Below are positions 29,182 to 39,182 of a stretch of DNA of 64,000 nt, one piece after another (within the stretch, counting starts at the first letter, position 1; every line of letters begins with the position of its first letter). The notes beneath the pieces are model-generated. The model did not search any database, was not told the DNA's origin, and saw only the letters and a list, made by a program, of their open reading frames with translations. A program made the translations under genes and the position numbers. The stretch comes from Terriglobia bacterium (GTDB lineage: Bacteria; Acidobacteriota; Terriglobia; 20CM-2-55-15). The DNA is taken from assembly GCA_965218585.1 (NCBI GenBank), contig CBDCLE010000025.1, positions 133,390 through 197,389 on the forward strand, written 5' to 3'.

Positions 29182-30111
29182 ATGAAAATCGCATTGCTTG
29201 GAGCTAACGGTCAGCTCGCGTTCGACCTGAAGCGGGTTCTGTCAGATCATGAACTCGTTGCGCTGACTCGGTCCGATTTCGACGTTACCGACACCGAAGC
29301 GATGCGACAGTATCTTTCCTCTTCTGCCCCGGACGCAATAATCAATACGACGGCCTTTCATCAGGTCGACCTCTGCGAATCACGGCCAGGTGATGCTTTC
29401 AGGGTGAACGCCGCTGCAGTTTTCAATCTGGCATGCATCGCCCAGGCAATAGAGGCTCGACTTGTCCACATCAGTACGGACTATGTTTTCGATGGCGCGT
29501 CTCGGGAGCCTTATTCCGAAGACAGTATTCCTTGTCCAACTTCTGTTTACGCGAATTCCAAGTTGGCAGGCGAATACTTCGTACGTTCTCAATGTGAAAA
29601 GCACATCGTCGTTCGCACCTGTGGTCTCTACGGGATTGCGGGCAGCTCTGGCAAGGGTGGCAACTTCATCGAAACGATGCTCCGGAAGGCGAAGTCGAGG
29701 GAGGAAATCCGGGTCGTTGATGACCAGATAACTACCCCGACTCCGACCCTCGGTCTGGCCCGGCAATTGTCCGTTCTTCTTGAGAGCGATCAAAACGGGC
29801 TGTTTCATTGCACTGCGGAAGGCAGTTGCTCGTGGCATGAATTCGCCCGTGCCATATTCGAGATGAGTGGCCTTGAAGCGCGACTGGAATCAACGAATGG
29901 ATCTTTCCACAGGACACCTGCACGCCGTCCTGCATATTCGGTCCTGGAAAACGCCCGTCTGAATGCGCTGGGTCTCAACCGGATGCCGTCTTGGCAAGAC
30001 GGGTTAAGAGATTACCTTTCTGAGAAGCACGGTTTCGCTGACGCCGGTGCTCGGACCGGGGTTTCTCGAGCGGCAGCAACGAACGTTCACGCCGAGAACC
30101 GGGCCGAATAG
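29182..30111 (+). CDS. rfbD: dTDP-4-dehydrorhamnose reductase
   Basis: GANGQL, HISTDYVFDG, YANSKLAGE, VVDDQ, RPAYSVL. Confidence 0.93.
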   Translation: MKIALLGANGQLAFDLKRVLSDHELVALTRSDFDVTDTEAMRQYLSSSAPDAIINTTAFHQVDLCESRPGDAFRVNAAAVFNLACIAQAIEARLVHISTDYVFDGASREPYSEDSIPCPTSVYANSKLAGEYFVRSQCEKHIVVRTCGLYGIAGSSGKGGNFIETMLRKAKSREEIRVVDDQITTPTPTLGLARQLSVLLESDQNGLFHCTAEGSCSWHEFARAIFEMSGLEARLESTNGSFHRTPARRPAYSVLENARLNALGLNRMPSWQDGLRDYLSEKHGFADAGARTGVSRAAATNVHAENRAE

Positions 30112-30141
30112 GGGCGGGAGCGGATAGAAGGACCTTTCATC

Positions 30142-32340
30142 TTGAAGATGAGAACCGTCGCCGCGGCCTGTAAGACGATCCACGAACGTCTCGCCTTCGA
30201 TCAGCTTTCCCTGACAGGTTTGCTCGGAGTTGCCGAAAAGGAAGTGTCTTTTTCTCGACTTGAATCCGTCCGCACCGTTCGCGTTCCCGGGACCCACCGC
30301 GATTACGGCATTCTTTCTCCCCCAAACACACGCTTGTCTTTTCGATTGAAGCTTGGTTCGCGTCCGTATTTTGAGACACGCGTGGGCTTTCTTTCGCAAA
30401 CAGAAGAAATCTTTCCTGGAGCGGAATTTGCTGTGATTCTCGAGTCTGGGAGCTCGGAGAAGACACTTTTCAAGGAAGAAATTCCAGCCAAAATCGAGCA
30501 TTGGCGAAAGGTTTCAATCGATCTCAGACGTTGGGCGGGTCAGGAGATCGTTTTGGTATTGCAGACCTGTCTTTCCACGGATCACTCCCAGCCCGTCCCA
30601 GCCGTCTGGAACGCGCCGCGGTTGTTGGAGAAGCGTCCCGTTCAGGATCGCGCGTCCCGTTTAATGGACGACGTTCGTAAGTTGGGACGTCGGGGCATCA
30701 AGCACACTTTTCTTGCTGCGATGAGAGGTCAACTGGCAATTGAAGACCAGAAGAGCCTCTATCAGTTCTGGGTCGAGAGACACGATCTCGGAGCCGCTGA
30801 CCTACAGGCGATATCGAAAAGCCTCGCAGGCTTTTCCTACGCACCAAAGATCAGCATCATCACTCCTGTTTACAATACCGATCCCCAATGGCTTAGAAGC
30901 TGTATCGAGTCGGTCCGACACCAGCTGTATCCAAACTGGGAGCTGTGCCTGGCCGACGATGCTTCCACCGAGGGTCATGTTTCCGAAATCCTCAAGGAGT
31001 ATTCGGGGTTGGATCCGCGAATCAAAGTCGGGTTTTCGAACGCCAATCAGGGAACTTCGCAGGCTTCCAATAGAGCGTTGGAGATGGCAGGTGGAGATTT
31101 CATCGGCTTGCTCGACCATGACGACGGACTCACGCCAGACGCTCTGTACGAAGTCGTAAAACTTTTCCAGCATCACCCCGAAGCGGATGTCGTCTACAGC
31201 GATGAAGACAAGCTCGATGCTGATGGTCTCAGCAGTGAGCCCTTCTTCAAGCCCGACTGGTCGCCCGAGTACTTGCTTTCGTGCATGTATACAGGACACT
31301 TCACGGTCTATCGGAAGCAATTGGTTGATGAGGCCGGAGGATTTCGCGTCGGTTACGACGGAAGTCAGGACTATGACCTGATGCTCCGTGTCGTTGAGCG
31401 TACCGGAAATATCTTTCACATCCCGAGGATTCTCTATCATTGGCGCAAGGCCGCCGGTTCGGCAGCCGGCTCTACAGGTGCGAAGCCCTATGCATACGTG
31501 GCAGCGAAGAAGGCTCTGTCCGACCACCTTGAAAGGAAGCGTGTGAAAGGTGATCTGGTCGACGGCCAATGGCACGGTCACTACAGAGTCAGGTACAGAG
31601 TCAACTCAACCGACCCGGTCGCTGTTCTTATTTCCGTTCCTGAGCGTTCAGCTGACCTACGAAATTGTATAGACAGCATTCGAGCGCGGACCACTCATTC
31701 CGCTCATGAAACAATGGTCTTGGCCGAGCCCGAAACCGCGTCTGAGGCGGGTCGCCGAAATCTTGCGGCGAAGCAGGCCAACAGCGAGTATCTGGTTTTC
31801 ATCGATGGTGACACTCGGGTGATCACCCCCGAGTGGCTCGAGGCGATGCTGGAGTTTTCGCAGCAAGCCGAGATCGGCGTGGTCGGGGCGAAGCTGTTAT
31901 CAACGGACGGACGGATCCTGCATGCAGGAACTGTCCTCGGTCTCGGCACCGACCGACTTGCCGGAGAAACCCTGGCCGGATTTCCAGCAGATACGGGTTA
32001 TCACTTCGGTTTGGTTGGCGACGTCCGGAACTGCTCGGCTGTCAGCGGATCCTGCATGATGGTCCGCCGCGACGTATTCGAACTGGTCGGAGGCTTCGAT
32101 GAAGAAGTCCCTTCCTGTTTCGTCGATCTGGATTTCTGCCTCCGAGTCCGTCAGAAGCAGTTACGGATCGTCTGGACCCCCTATGCCAAGCTTTATCAAT
32201 ATGGCGCGTCAGTTCCCTACGTCCCTCGCGCGGCGGAGATCGATTTCATGAAAAGGCGCTGGGGGAGCACTCTGGATCAAGATCCCTACTACAATCCCAA
32301 TCTGACCCGCGACCGCGAGGACTTTGGGATCGGACTTTAG
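30142..32340 (+). CDS. Glycosyltransferase family 2 (two GT-A domains, O-antigen/rhamnan type)
   Basis: ISIITPVYN, DDAS, LDHDD, YSDEDK, GSQDYDL, DPYYNPNL. Confidence 0.92.
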   Translation: MKMRTVAAACKTIHERLAFDQLSLTGLLGVAEKEVSFSRLESVRTVRVPGTHRDYGILSPPNTRLSFRLKLGSRPYFETRVGFLSQTEEIFPGAEFAVILESGSSEKTLFKEEIPAKIEHWRKVSIDLRRWAGQEIVLVLQTCLSTDHSQPVPAVWNAPRLLEKRPVQDRASRLMDDVRKLGRRGIKHTFLAAMRGQLAIEDQKSLYQFWVERHDLGAADLQAISKSLAGFSYAPKISIITPVYNTDPQWLRSCIESVRHQLYPNWELCLADDASTEGHVSEILKEYSGLDPRIKVGFSNANQGTSQASNRALEMAGGDFIGLLDHDDGLTPDALYEVVKLFQHHPEADVVYSDEDKLDADGLSSEPFFKPDWSPEYLLSCMYTGHFTVYRKQLVDEAGGFRVGYDGSQDYDLMLRVVERTGNIFHIPRILYHWRKAAGSAAGSTGAKPYAYVAAKKALSDHLERKRVKGDLVDGQWHGHYRVRYRVNSTDPVAVLISVPERSADLRNCIDSIRARTTHSAHETMVLAEPETASEAGRRNLAAKQANSEYLVFIDGDTRVITPEWLEAMLEFSQQAEIGVVGAKLLSTDGRILHAGTVLGLGTDRLAGETLAGFPADTGYHFGLVGDVRNCSAVSGSCMMVRRDVFELVGGFDEEVPSCFVDLDFCLRVRQKQLRIVWTPYAKLYQYGASVPYVPRAAEIDFMKRRWGSTLDQDPYYNPNLTRDREDFGIGL

Positions 32341-32499
32341 ACCGCCTGCTAAATGGACCGCAGTCGACCTTATAAGCCTATATTTTCGAACGATATGCTT
32401 TTTCGAGTTGTCTCTAATTGACAGGTGAGTAAAACGAACCTGAATATGAAGTCGACTTTTTGGAAACGTTTCGCGTCTTCCAGAGTGTGAGGCTCAGAT

Positions 32500-33063
32500 T
32501 TGGATCTGAATTTGGAGAGCGCCGACGATTCGAGGATCATCGATCGAGTCCTCGACGGGGACACCAACGCTTTCAACCTCCTGGTGTGGCAGTGGGAGAA
32601 GCCAATCTACAACTATATCTATCGGATGGTCGGGAATCGGGACGATTCGATGGACCTTTGCCAAGAAAGTTTTCTAAAGGCTTTCCGCGAACTCGGGAAC
32701 CTGAAGGACCGGGACCGTTTTTCCTCATGGCTCTACCGGATCGCCCACAACGTGTGCTATTCGCGGTTCCGGAAGGAACAGGGAAAGACCTTCGTCGAAC
32801 TGGACCCGGATGTCGGAGCCTCCCGCATACCGATCGAAAATCGGTTGGCGGTAGAGAAGGCTCTTGGAGAATTGCCCGACGATCAAAGGGAAGTCGTTGT
32901 TCTGAAGGTCTACCAGGGACTCAAGTTTGACGAAATCGCCGCCATTCAGGGTGCACCGGTTTCAACCGTAAAGTCGAGGCTTTACATGAGCTTTGACAAA
33001 CTGAAGTTGGTTTTGGGTGAGCAGTCTGGTGGACAAGGAATGGGCCAGCCCAAAACATCTTGA
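32500..33063 (+). CDS. ECF sigma-70 factor
   Basis: DLCQESFLKAF, FSSWLYRIAHN, STVKSRL. Confidence 0.93.
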   Translation: MDLNLESADDSRIIDRVLDGDTNAFNLLVWQWEKPIYNYIYRMVGNRDDSMDLCQESFLKAFRELGNLKDRDRFSSWLYRIAHNVCYSRFRKEQGKTFVELDPDVGASRIPIENRLAVEKALGELPDDQREVVVLKVYQGLKFDEIAAIQGAPVSTVKSRLYMSFDKLKLVLGEQSGGQGMGQPKTS

Positions 33064-33080
33064 GAGACTAATGAGAATAG

Positions 33081-33749
33081 GTGGTTGATATGTCGCATTT
33101 GGAAGACAGGCTTGCGGAATTTGTATTTGAAGAGCTGACGGAACCCGAAATGGAAGCGGCCCGCCAGCACGTTGCTCAGTGTCTGGAGTGCCAGGGCCGT
33201 GTGGCCGGATTCCGGAAGGTTCAACATTCGCTTGAGCAGTTACCGGATGTGGACCTCCCACGTCGCATGGTTTTTGTCCCATCTGAGAGTCGTTCGAAGC
33301 CGAGATGGGTGCCCCTCGCGTGGGGAATTCCTTCTGCTATTGCCGCCGTGCTTCTGTTGGCTATTTTGATCAGTGGGGGCGCAAGCCTTGAGCGAAACGA
33401 TTCCGGTTTTGTGGCTGCGCTTGGTCCTCGAAGTGAAGCCCCACAGACCGTCGAAATTCAACCCGCCGTGAGGGAAACACCCGTCGCTCTTACAATCGAT
33501 TACGCAAGCCTCGATTACCAACAGATCATCGAGCGCATTCGTGGTGACATCCGAGAGGAAGAGGAAGCATGGCTGAGAGCCGAGATTGATCGGGTTGTCG
33601 GCGCACTCGAAGAGGTGAATGGCCGCGAGATCCAGCGTGTACGTGCAGAGCTTCAATATCTTTCCGAATTGCAACGTGCTGCGCAGCGAGAGACGTATCA
33701 ACATGCGTCCTACATACAGCGTCTTGCCCAACGGACGGGAGGAGACTAG
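33081..33749 (+). CDS. Zinc-binding (ZAS) transmembrane anti-sigma factor
   Basis: HVAQCLEC, single TM helix, periplasmic coiled coil. Confidence 0.85.
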   Translation: MVDMSHLEDRLAEFVFEELTEPEMEAARQHVAQCLECQGRVAGFRKVQHSLEQLPDVDLPRRMVFVPSESRSKPRWVPLAWGIPSAIAAVLLLAILISGGASLERNDSGFVAALGPRSEAPQTVEIQPAVRETPVALTIDYASLDYQQIIERIRGDIREEEEAWLRAEIDRVVGALEEVNGREIQRVRAELQYLSELQRAAQRETYQHASYIQRLAQRTGGD

Positions 33750-33751
33750 GC

Positions 33752-34282
33752 ATGTCCCGGAGTGTATTGCTCTCGATTGTTTTCTGTGTGGCGTTTCCGT
33801 TCGCCACGCCGCTGGCTGGACAGGACATTCCCTCCCAAGCCGCGCAGGTTGCTATTGCAGCTGAAGTTGATGAACAGGTGGCGGGGATCGTGCCCGGGCC
33901 TATGTTACAGACGGCGAAAGCGACGTATCTGGAAGGCTACGGCGTGGTTGTTACCGTCGAGGTGGCTTTCGAGCGACCCAGAAATCCGTTTAGTGCCCCC
34001 AGAGCCCCTGACGAAATCCGCCTGTCGAGCGAGACGCATCGGTCTCAACTCATAGAGATGGCGGTCCGACTGCTGGGTCAGCGTGTTTCCTCGCTCGATG
34101 GATTGGGTGCTGACGAACAGGTGGCGATCGTCATCTACATGCTGAACGTCAACCCGATCGATCTGCCGGATCTCCCCACACAGCTTGTTGTCTCAGCTCG
34201 AAAGCAGGACGGGGCGGACCTTCGGTCGGCGGCTATTTCTGAGACGGCCTTCGCTAATCGCGTGACCATACGGGAATACTGA
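33752..34282 (+). CDS. Exported hypothetical protein
   Basis: Signal peptide; YLEGYGVVV motif; tightly spaced with neighbours. Confidence 0.75.
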   Translation: MSRSVLLSIVFCVAFPFATPLAGQDIPSQAAQVAIAAEVDEQVAGIVPGPMLQTAKATYLEGYGVVVTVEVAFERPRNPFSAPRAPDEIRLSSETHRSQLIEMAVRLLGQRVSSLDGLGADEQVAIVIYMLNVNPIDLPDLPTQLVVSARKQDGADLRSAAISETAFANRVTIREY

Positions 34283-34284
34283 CG

Positions 34285-35979
34285 TTGAAAGCGCTACTCG
34301 CCTTTGAGCGCAAGCCCCTCGGAGAGTTGTTGGAGGACCGGGGCCTGATTTCCTCCGAGGACCTTTCCAGCGCTCTATCCCTTCAGAAAGAGAGCTCGGA
34401 TCGTATAGGCAAGATCCTTGTAGACCTCGGGTTCGTGTCCGAACGGGATGTGCTGTCGGTCTTGAGTGAGCAGATCGAGGTGCCCCTTTTCGATGGGGAA
34501 TATCCGGCGGTTCCTGTTGAAGCGGATCGATTGGGCTACCGTTTCCTGAGGGCGTCCTCTGCAGTGCCTGTTCATTTGGAGGACACGGTTTTATCGGTCG
34601 TGATGATGGACCCGCTCGACTCGGAAACCCGGTCGGCGATTCGGTTGAGGACCGGTCGTAGCCTCAAAGTCTTTATGGCCTCCGAATCCGAAATTGCTGA
34701 CGAATTGGACCGGCTTTACGGGGAGGAAGCCGACGACGCTCCGTCGATTGAAACGCTCGGCGAAGGTCTAGCCGACGACGATATTGACCAGTTGAGGGAT
34801 CGGGCGTCGGAGGTCCCGGTGATCCGAATGGTCAATCTCATCATCTCGCGTGCCGTGGAATCCCGTGCCAGTGATATTCACATCGAGCCGTTTGAGAAGG
34901 AATTGCAGTTGCGCTATCGCGTCGACGGCGTCTTACACAACGTGGACGCTCCTCCCAACAAAATCCGCGGAGCGATCATTTCCCGCATCAAACTGATGGC
35001 GAAGCTCAACATCGCCGAGCGCCGCCTGCCCCAGGACGGCCGGATCAAGCTGAAGGTGCTCGGAAAAGAGATCGACTTGCGCGTGTCGACTCTGCCGACG
35101 ATGTACGGCGAGAGCGTCGTCATGCGAATCCTCGACAAATCGAACACCGACCTGATCGATCTCCGCCGCCTGGGTTTTCCGGAAAACCTTTATTCAAAGA
35201 TCTGCGAAATGACGTCCAAGCCCCATGGGATTGTTCTGGTGACAGGGCCGACAGGTAGTGGCAAGACAACGACGCTTTATGGCGCGCTTAAACGAATCAA
35301 TATTCCGGACCGCAAGATAATCACAATCGAAGATCCTGTCGAGTACCAGATGGATGGAATCAACCAGATTCAGGTCAATTCACAGATTGGGTTGACTTTT
35401 TCAACGGGTCTTCGCCACATCGTAAGACAGGATCCCGATGTCATCATGATCGGTGAAATCCGGGATCTGGAGACAGCTGAGATTGCGATACGCTCGGCAC
35501 TGACCGGCCACCTCGTGTTCAGCACGCTTCACACCAACGATGCTCCCAGTGCGGTGACCCGACTGATCGATATGGGTGTGGAGGATTATCTGCTGGCTTC
35601 TTCGCTGATCGGCATTCTTGCGCAACGGCTGGTCCGGGCCAATTGCAGCCACTGCAGTCAGTCCGAGTCGATGTCGGCAGAAACAGCGATGTCGCTTGGT
35701 TTTCCGGCCGAAAGGGACAAAGGAATCATAGAAGTAAAGAAAGGCGCCGGCTGCGAACAATGCGGATATACCGGTTACGAAAGCCGGCTTGGAATCTTTG
35801 AATTAATTGACGTGGATGACGGGCTGAGGGAAACGATCACCTCCAATCCGGATGCCAATGCACTGACCGCACAGGCGATCCGCTCGGGAATGCGGACGCT
35901 GAAGCAGGACGGTTGGGACAAGGTTGTTTCAGGAATCACAACGCCGGATGAAGTGCTGCGTGTGACGCAGGAAGTCTGA
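34285..35979 (+). CDS. gspE: Type II secretion ATPase
   Basis: ASDIHIEP, RLPQDGR, GPTGSGKTT, EDPVEY, RQDPD, STLHTN, tetracysteine motif. Confidence 0.95.
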   Translation: MKALLAFERKPLGELLEDRGLISSEDLSSALSLQKESSDRIGKILVDLGFVSERDVLSVLSEQIEVPLFDGEYPAVPVEADRLGYRFLRASSAVPVHLEDTVLSVVMMDPLDSETRSAIRLRTGRSLKVFMASESEIADELDRLYGEEADDAPSIETLGEGLADDDIDQLRDRASEVPVIRMVNLIISRAVESRASDIHIEPFEKELQLRYRVDGVLHNVDAPPNKIRGAIISRIKLMAKLNIAERRLPQDGRIKLKVLGKEIDLRVSTLPTMYGESVVMRILDKSNTDLIDLRRLGFPENLYSKICEMTSKPHGIVLVTGPTGSGKTTTLYGALKRINIPDRKIITIEDPVEYQMDGINQIQVNSQIGLTFSTGLRHIVRQDPDVIMIGEIRDLETAEIAIRSALTGHLVFSTLHTNDAPSAVTRLIDMGVEDYLLASSLIGILAQRLVRANCSHCSQSESMSAETAMSLGFPAERDKGIIEVKKGAGCEQCGYTGYESRLGIFELIDVDDGLRETITSNPDANALTAQAIRSGMRTLKQDGWDKVVSGITTPDEVLRVTQEV

Positions 35980-37194
35980 ATGTCAACTTTTGCTTACAAG
36001 GCAGTCAACACTCAGGGGCAGCGATTCGAGGGTCGAATCGAAGCCGCAGACGCCGGTGCTGCCGCGTTCAGTGTTCGGAACATGGGCCTGATTCCGATAT
36101 CAGTTAACGAACCCGTTGAGAAGTCCAGGGGTTCGTCTCTGCCCAGGATTGAATTCCAGCGGGTGACGCGCAAGGACATTCTTTTTTTTACAGAGGAACT
36201 CTCCACTCTCGTCAGCGCCGGTCTGCCTCTGGATCGTAGCCTCAGCATTACGCGGGAACTGGCCACAAAACGTGTGTTGAGAAACGTAATCGACGATGTC
36301 CTGAAGCAGATTAAGGGAGGCAAGTCTCTCGCCGATGCGCTGTCGGCTCATCCCAAGCAGTTCTCTCGGCTTTACGTGAGTATGGTCCGTGCGGGTGAGG
36401 CCGGGGGCGTTTTGGAGGTGATCCTTGCACGACTCGCTGAGTTCGAGCGGTCGGCCGACGAGCTGCGATCCTATCTTACTGCCGCCCTGGTCTACCCGGC
36501 GCTTCTGACAGCCGTGGGGATTGGTTCAATAGGAATTCTTTTCTATTTCGTCATCCCGCGATTCTCGACGATTTTCGAGGACCTGGGAGCCGACGTTCCC
36601 GCGAGCACACAGGCCATGATCGGTTTTGCAAACGTAACGCGGGAGTATTGGTGGATCGTTCTCATCGCGATTGGTGTGGTGGGGTTCGCAACGCGGGCGT
36701 GGCTGAGGACTCCCGGCGGGAGCCGCACGTGGGACATGGTGCAGCTGAAAACACCGCTTCTGGGCTCTACGCTCCTGAAGATCGAAGTCGCCCGCTTCGC
36801 GCGCACGCTGGGGACGCTCGTGTCGAGTGCCGTCCCATTAATTGCGGGTGTGCGGATCGTTGAGAACATCGCCAGTAACCAGATCCTTGCCGAGGCCGTA
36901 TCCAAGATCGCAGACGGGGCCAAACGGGGCGAAGGCGTGGCCAAACCCATGCGCGAAGCGGGGATCTTTCCAGGCCTGGCGGTTCATCTCGTCGGTGTCG
37001 GCGAGGAGACCGGCCGCCTGGACACGATGTTGCTCCAGGTTGCCGATGTGTACGAAAAAGACGTCAAGACTTCAGTCAAGGCCCTGACGTCAGTGTTTGA
37101 ACCTGCAATTATTCTGGTGATGGGTATACTGATCGGGACAGTTGTGCTGTCGATGCTGACGGCCATTTTCAGTATCAACGACATCGCCTTTTAG
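35980..37194 (+). CDS. gspF: Type II secretion inner-membrane platform protein
   Basis: AGEAGG, YPALL, VGEETGRLD, FEP motifs. Confidence 0.93.
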   Translation: MSTFAYKAVNTQGQRFEGRIEAADAGAAAFSVRNMGLIPISVNEPVEKSRGSSLPRIEFQRVTRKDILFFTEELSTLVSAGLPLDRSLSITRELATKRVLRNVIDDVLKQIKGGKSLADALSAHPKQFSRLYVSMVRAGEAGGVLEVILARLAEFERSADELRSYLTAALVYPALLTAVGIGSIGILFYFVIPRFSTIFEDLGADVPASTQAMIGFANVTREYWWIVLIAIGVVGFATRAWLRTPGGSRTWDMVQLKTPLLGSTLLKIEVARFARTLGTLVSSAVPLIAGVRIVENIASNQILAEAVSKIADGAKRGEGVAKPMREAGIFPGLAVHLVGVGEETGRLDTMLLQVADVYEKDVKTSVKALTSVFEPAIILVMGILIGTVVLSMLTAIFSINDIAF

Positions 37195-37220
37195 GAGGAA
37201 TGGTGAGAGATTCACTCCAA

Positions 37221-37254
37221 ATGAGCCGAAGCGCGAGATGAGCCGAAGCGCGAG
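37221..37254 (+). repeat. Exact 17-bp tandem duplication ATGAGCCGAAGCGCGAG x2 at the gspG start
   Basis: Direct reading: 37221-37237 and 37238-37254. Confidence 0.95.
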
Positions 37255-37669
37255 CTACCCAGGAAGACAGCGGGGTGTCACGCTCATTGAGCTCCTTGTC
37301 GTCATGGTCATCATTTCGCTGTTCGCGACCGTCGTCGGCGCCCGTCTCTTCAGTAACGTCGACAGGGCTCGCCAGACGACAGCCAAAGCTCAGATTTCCG
37401 AGTTCGAAACAGTCCTCGATCTGTTCCGCCTGGACATCGGTCGTTATCCGACGGCCGCGGAGGGCCTCCAGGCCCTCCGTAACGATCCCGGGGGTATTTC
37501 CAACTGGGACGGACCCTACCTCGCCAAGCAGGTACCGATGGACCCATGGGACGGGGCGTACGTGTATCGATATCCAGGAGAGTTCGGTGATTTCGACATC
37601 CTTTCACTCGGTGCCGACGGCCAGGAGGGAGGCGAGGACGAGAACCTGGATATTGTGAGTTGGCAGTAA
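37238..37669 (+). CDS. gspG: Major pseudopilin
   Basis: G|VTLIELLVV prepilin site, GRYPT, WDGPYL, DPW, SLGADG. Confidence 0.95.
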   Translation: MSRSASYPGRQRGVTLIELLVVMVIISLFATVVGARLFSNVDRARQTTAKAQISEFETVLDLFRLDIGRYPTAAEGLQALRNDPGGISNWDGPYLAKQVPMDPWDGAYVYRYPGEFGDFDILSLGADGQEGGEDENLDIVSWQ

Positions 37670-37737
37670 CTTAGATCTTTTTCAGTATTTCACCCACCAG
37701 TCGTCTTTTCTTCGCTCAGGTGCGTCATCTACAACAT

Positions 37738-38157
37738 ATGGGTGATGTGCGCAAACTTGGGGCCGCGGGTCTTTCCTTGATAGAAGTCATGATCGTCATG
37801 ACCATTCTGGCCTTATCTGCGGGGCTGGTCGGGCCACGAATCGGTGCCGGGTTGACTCGTTTGGAGTTAAACCAGACCGAAGAGACGCTCAGGAACTTCA
37901 TCCAGAATGCACGCGTCCACGCCCAGCGCGAGAACAGGGCTTACTTCGTTATAGCTGACAGGAACGGACGCCGAATCCTCCTCCTTGACTCCGACATGGA
38001 GATTCTCCGTGAGCGGGGACTCCCTTCCTCGGTGGATTTTGTGCCGGCAGTGGATGGCGGTGTGAGGTCTATCTATGTGCCTCCCTCCGGTCTTCTCAGA
38101 GACCAGAGCGTCGGTTTGAGATCGCGACTTGGAGACACGGAGGTGGTTTTACGATGA
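37738..38157 (+). CDS. gspH: Minor pseudopilin (GspH-like)
   Basis: G|LSLIEVMIV N-methylation motif; gene order. Confidence 0.75.
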   Translation: MGDVRKLGAAGLSLIEVMIVMTILALSAGLVGPRIGAGLTRLELNQTEETLRNFIQNARVHAQRENRAYFVIADRNGRRILLLDSDMEILRERGLPSSVDFVPAVDGGVRSIYVPPSGLLRDQSVGLRSRLGDTEVVLR

Positions 38158-38591
38158 AGGGAGGTCGTGGCTTCACTCTCATCGAGGTCGTGGTTTCCAT
38201 GGCGATCCTGGGTCTGGCCGGGATTGCGCTCTTCAGCCTCTTCGGCCGTTCGATTGACAACATCAGGCGTATGGAAGACCTGCACAGTTACCAACTGGCT
38301 GGTGAGGAGGTCATGAGCCGTGTCTTTCTGCTGGGACGAGTTCCCGCAGATGGAGAAGCCAGGGGTCGATTCGATCAAATCGACGCGGACTGGACAGTGA
38401 GGATACTGCCATGGATTCCGGAAACGCTGGAAGGAAGGCCGGACCAGGCGATTGTGCGGATCGAGGTCGAGGTGGCGTGGGACGGCCGAGCGGGGCGCCG
38501 CAACCTGTTGCTCGAAACAGTCCGCCCTTCGTTGTTGTCCTATGACGACGCCGAATTTCGAGAGGCGATTGAAGCGGTGTTTCCCGGGTAG
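38154..38591 (+). CDS. gspI: Minor pseudopilin (GspI-like)
   Basis: G|FTLIEVVVS; gene order. Confidence 0.78.
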   Translation: MKGGRGFTLIEVVVSMAILGLAGIALFSLFGRSIDNIRRMEDLHSYQLAGEEVMSRVFLLGRVPADGEARGRFDQIDADWTVRILPWIPETLEGRPDQAIVRIEVEVAWDGRAGRRNLLLETVRPSLLSYDDAEFREAIEAVFPG

Positions 38592-38601
38592 ATCTGGAAA
38601 T

Positions 38602-39177
38602 ATGAAGTCCAAACGCACACGGAATAGTTCCGGTTTCACGCTGGTCGAAGTCATGGTGAGCATGGCTATCGTGGGTTTGATGATGACCTTCATGTCGTCG
38701 GGTTTGAGCGTCGGGCTCGACAGTTGGGAGAGAGGTACAGGCGCCATTCGGGAGCTGGAGAGCCGAGCCAACGTAGAGAGGCTTCTGCGCCGGCAGTTGG
38801 CATTGGCGTTACCAGTGGAAGTCGGAGGCGTCGAAGAAACTTTCGTTCTCTTCGAAGGAAATACGAGTCGTCTCGAGTTCGTATCTCAGTATTCCTTGAT
38901 CGACGGCGCCATAGGAGCTCGCAAGATCGATTACCGAATCGAAGATGGCCGATTCGACTACGGGGAGAGTGTCCTGTTAGATTATCAGCCCGGTGGGTTC
39001 CGATTCGAGGATTTGCAACCGCTGGCGACGTTTCGAACGATCGAGTTCCGATACCTGGGAACGGATGAAGACGAAGAGCTTGTTTGGCTGAACGAATGGG
39101 AACGTGGGGACGGGCTTCCCAGAGCCGTTCAGGTGCATGTGGAAGACGACTATGTCGTCGTGCCCCTGGTGTACTAG
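38602..39177 (+). CDS. gspJ: Minor pseudopilin (GspJ-like)
   Basis: G|FTLVEVMVS; C-terminal EW...LPRAV. Confidence 0.8.
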   Translation: MKSKRTRNSSGFTLVEVMVSMAIVGLMMTFMSSGLSVGLDSWERGTGAIRELESRANVERLLRRQLALALPVEVGGVEETFVLFEGNTSRLEFVSQYSLIDGAIGARKIDYRIEDGRFDYGESVLLDYQPGGFRFEDLQPLATFRTIEFRYLGTDEDEELVWLNEWERGDGLPRAVQVHVEDDYVVVPLVY

Positions 39178-39182
39178 CAGCA

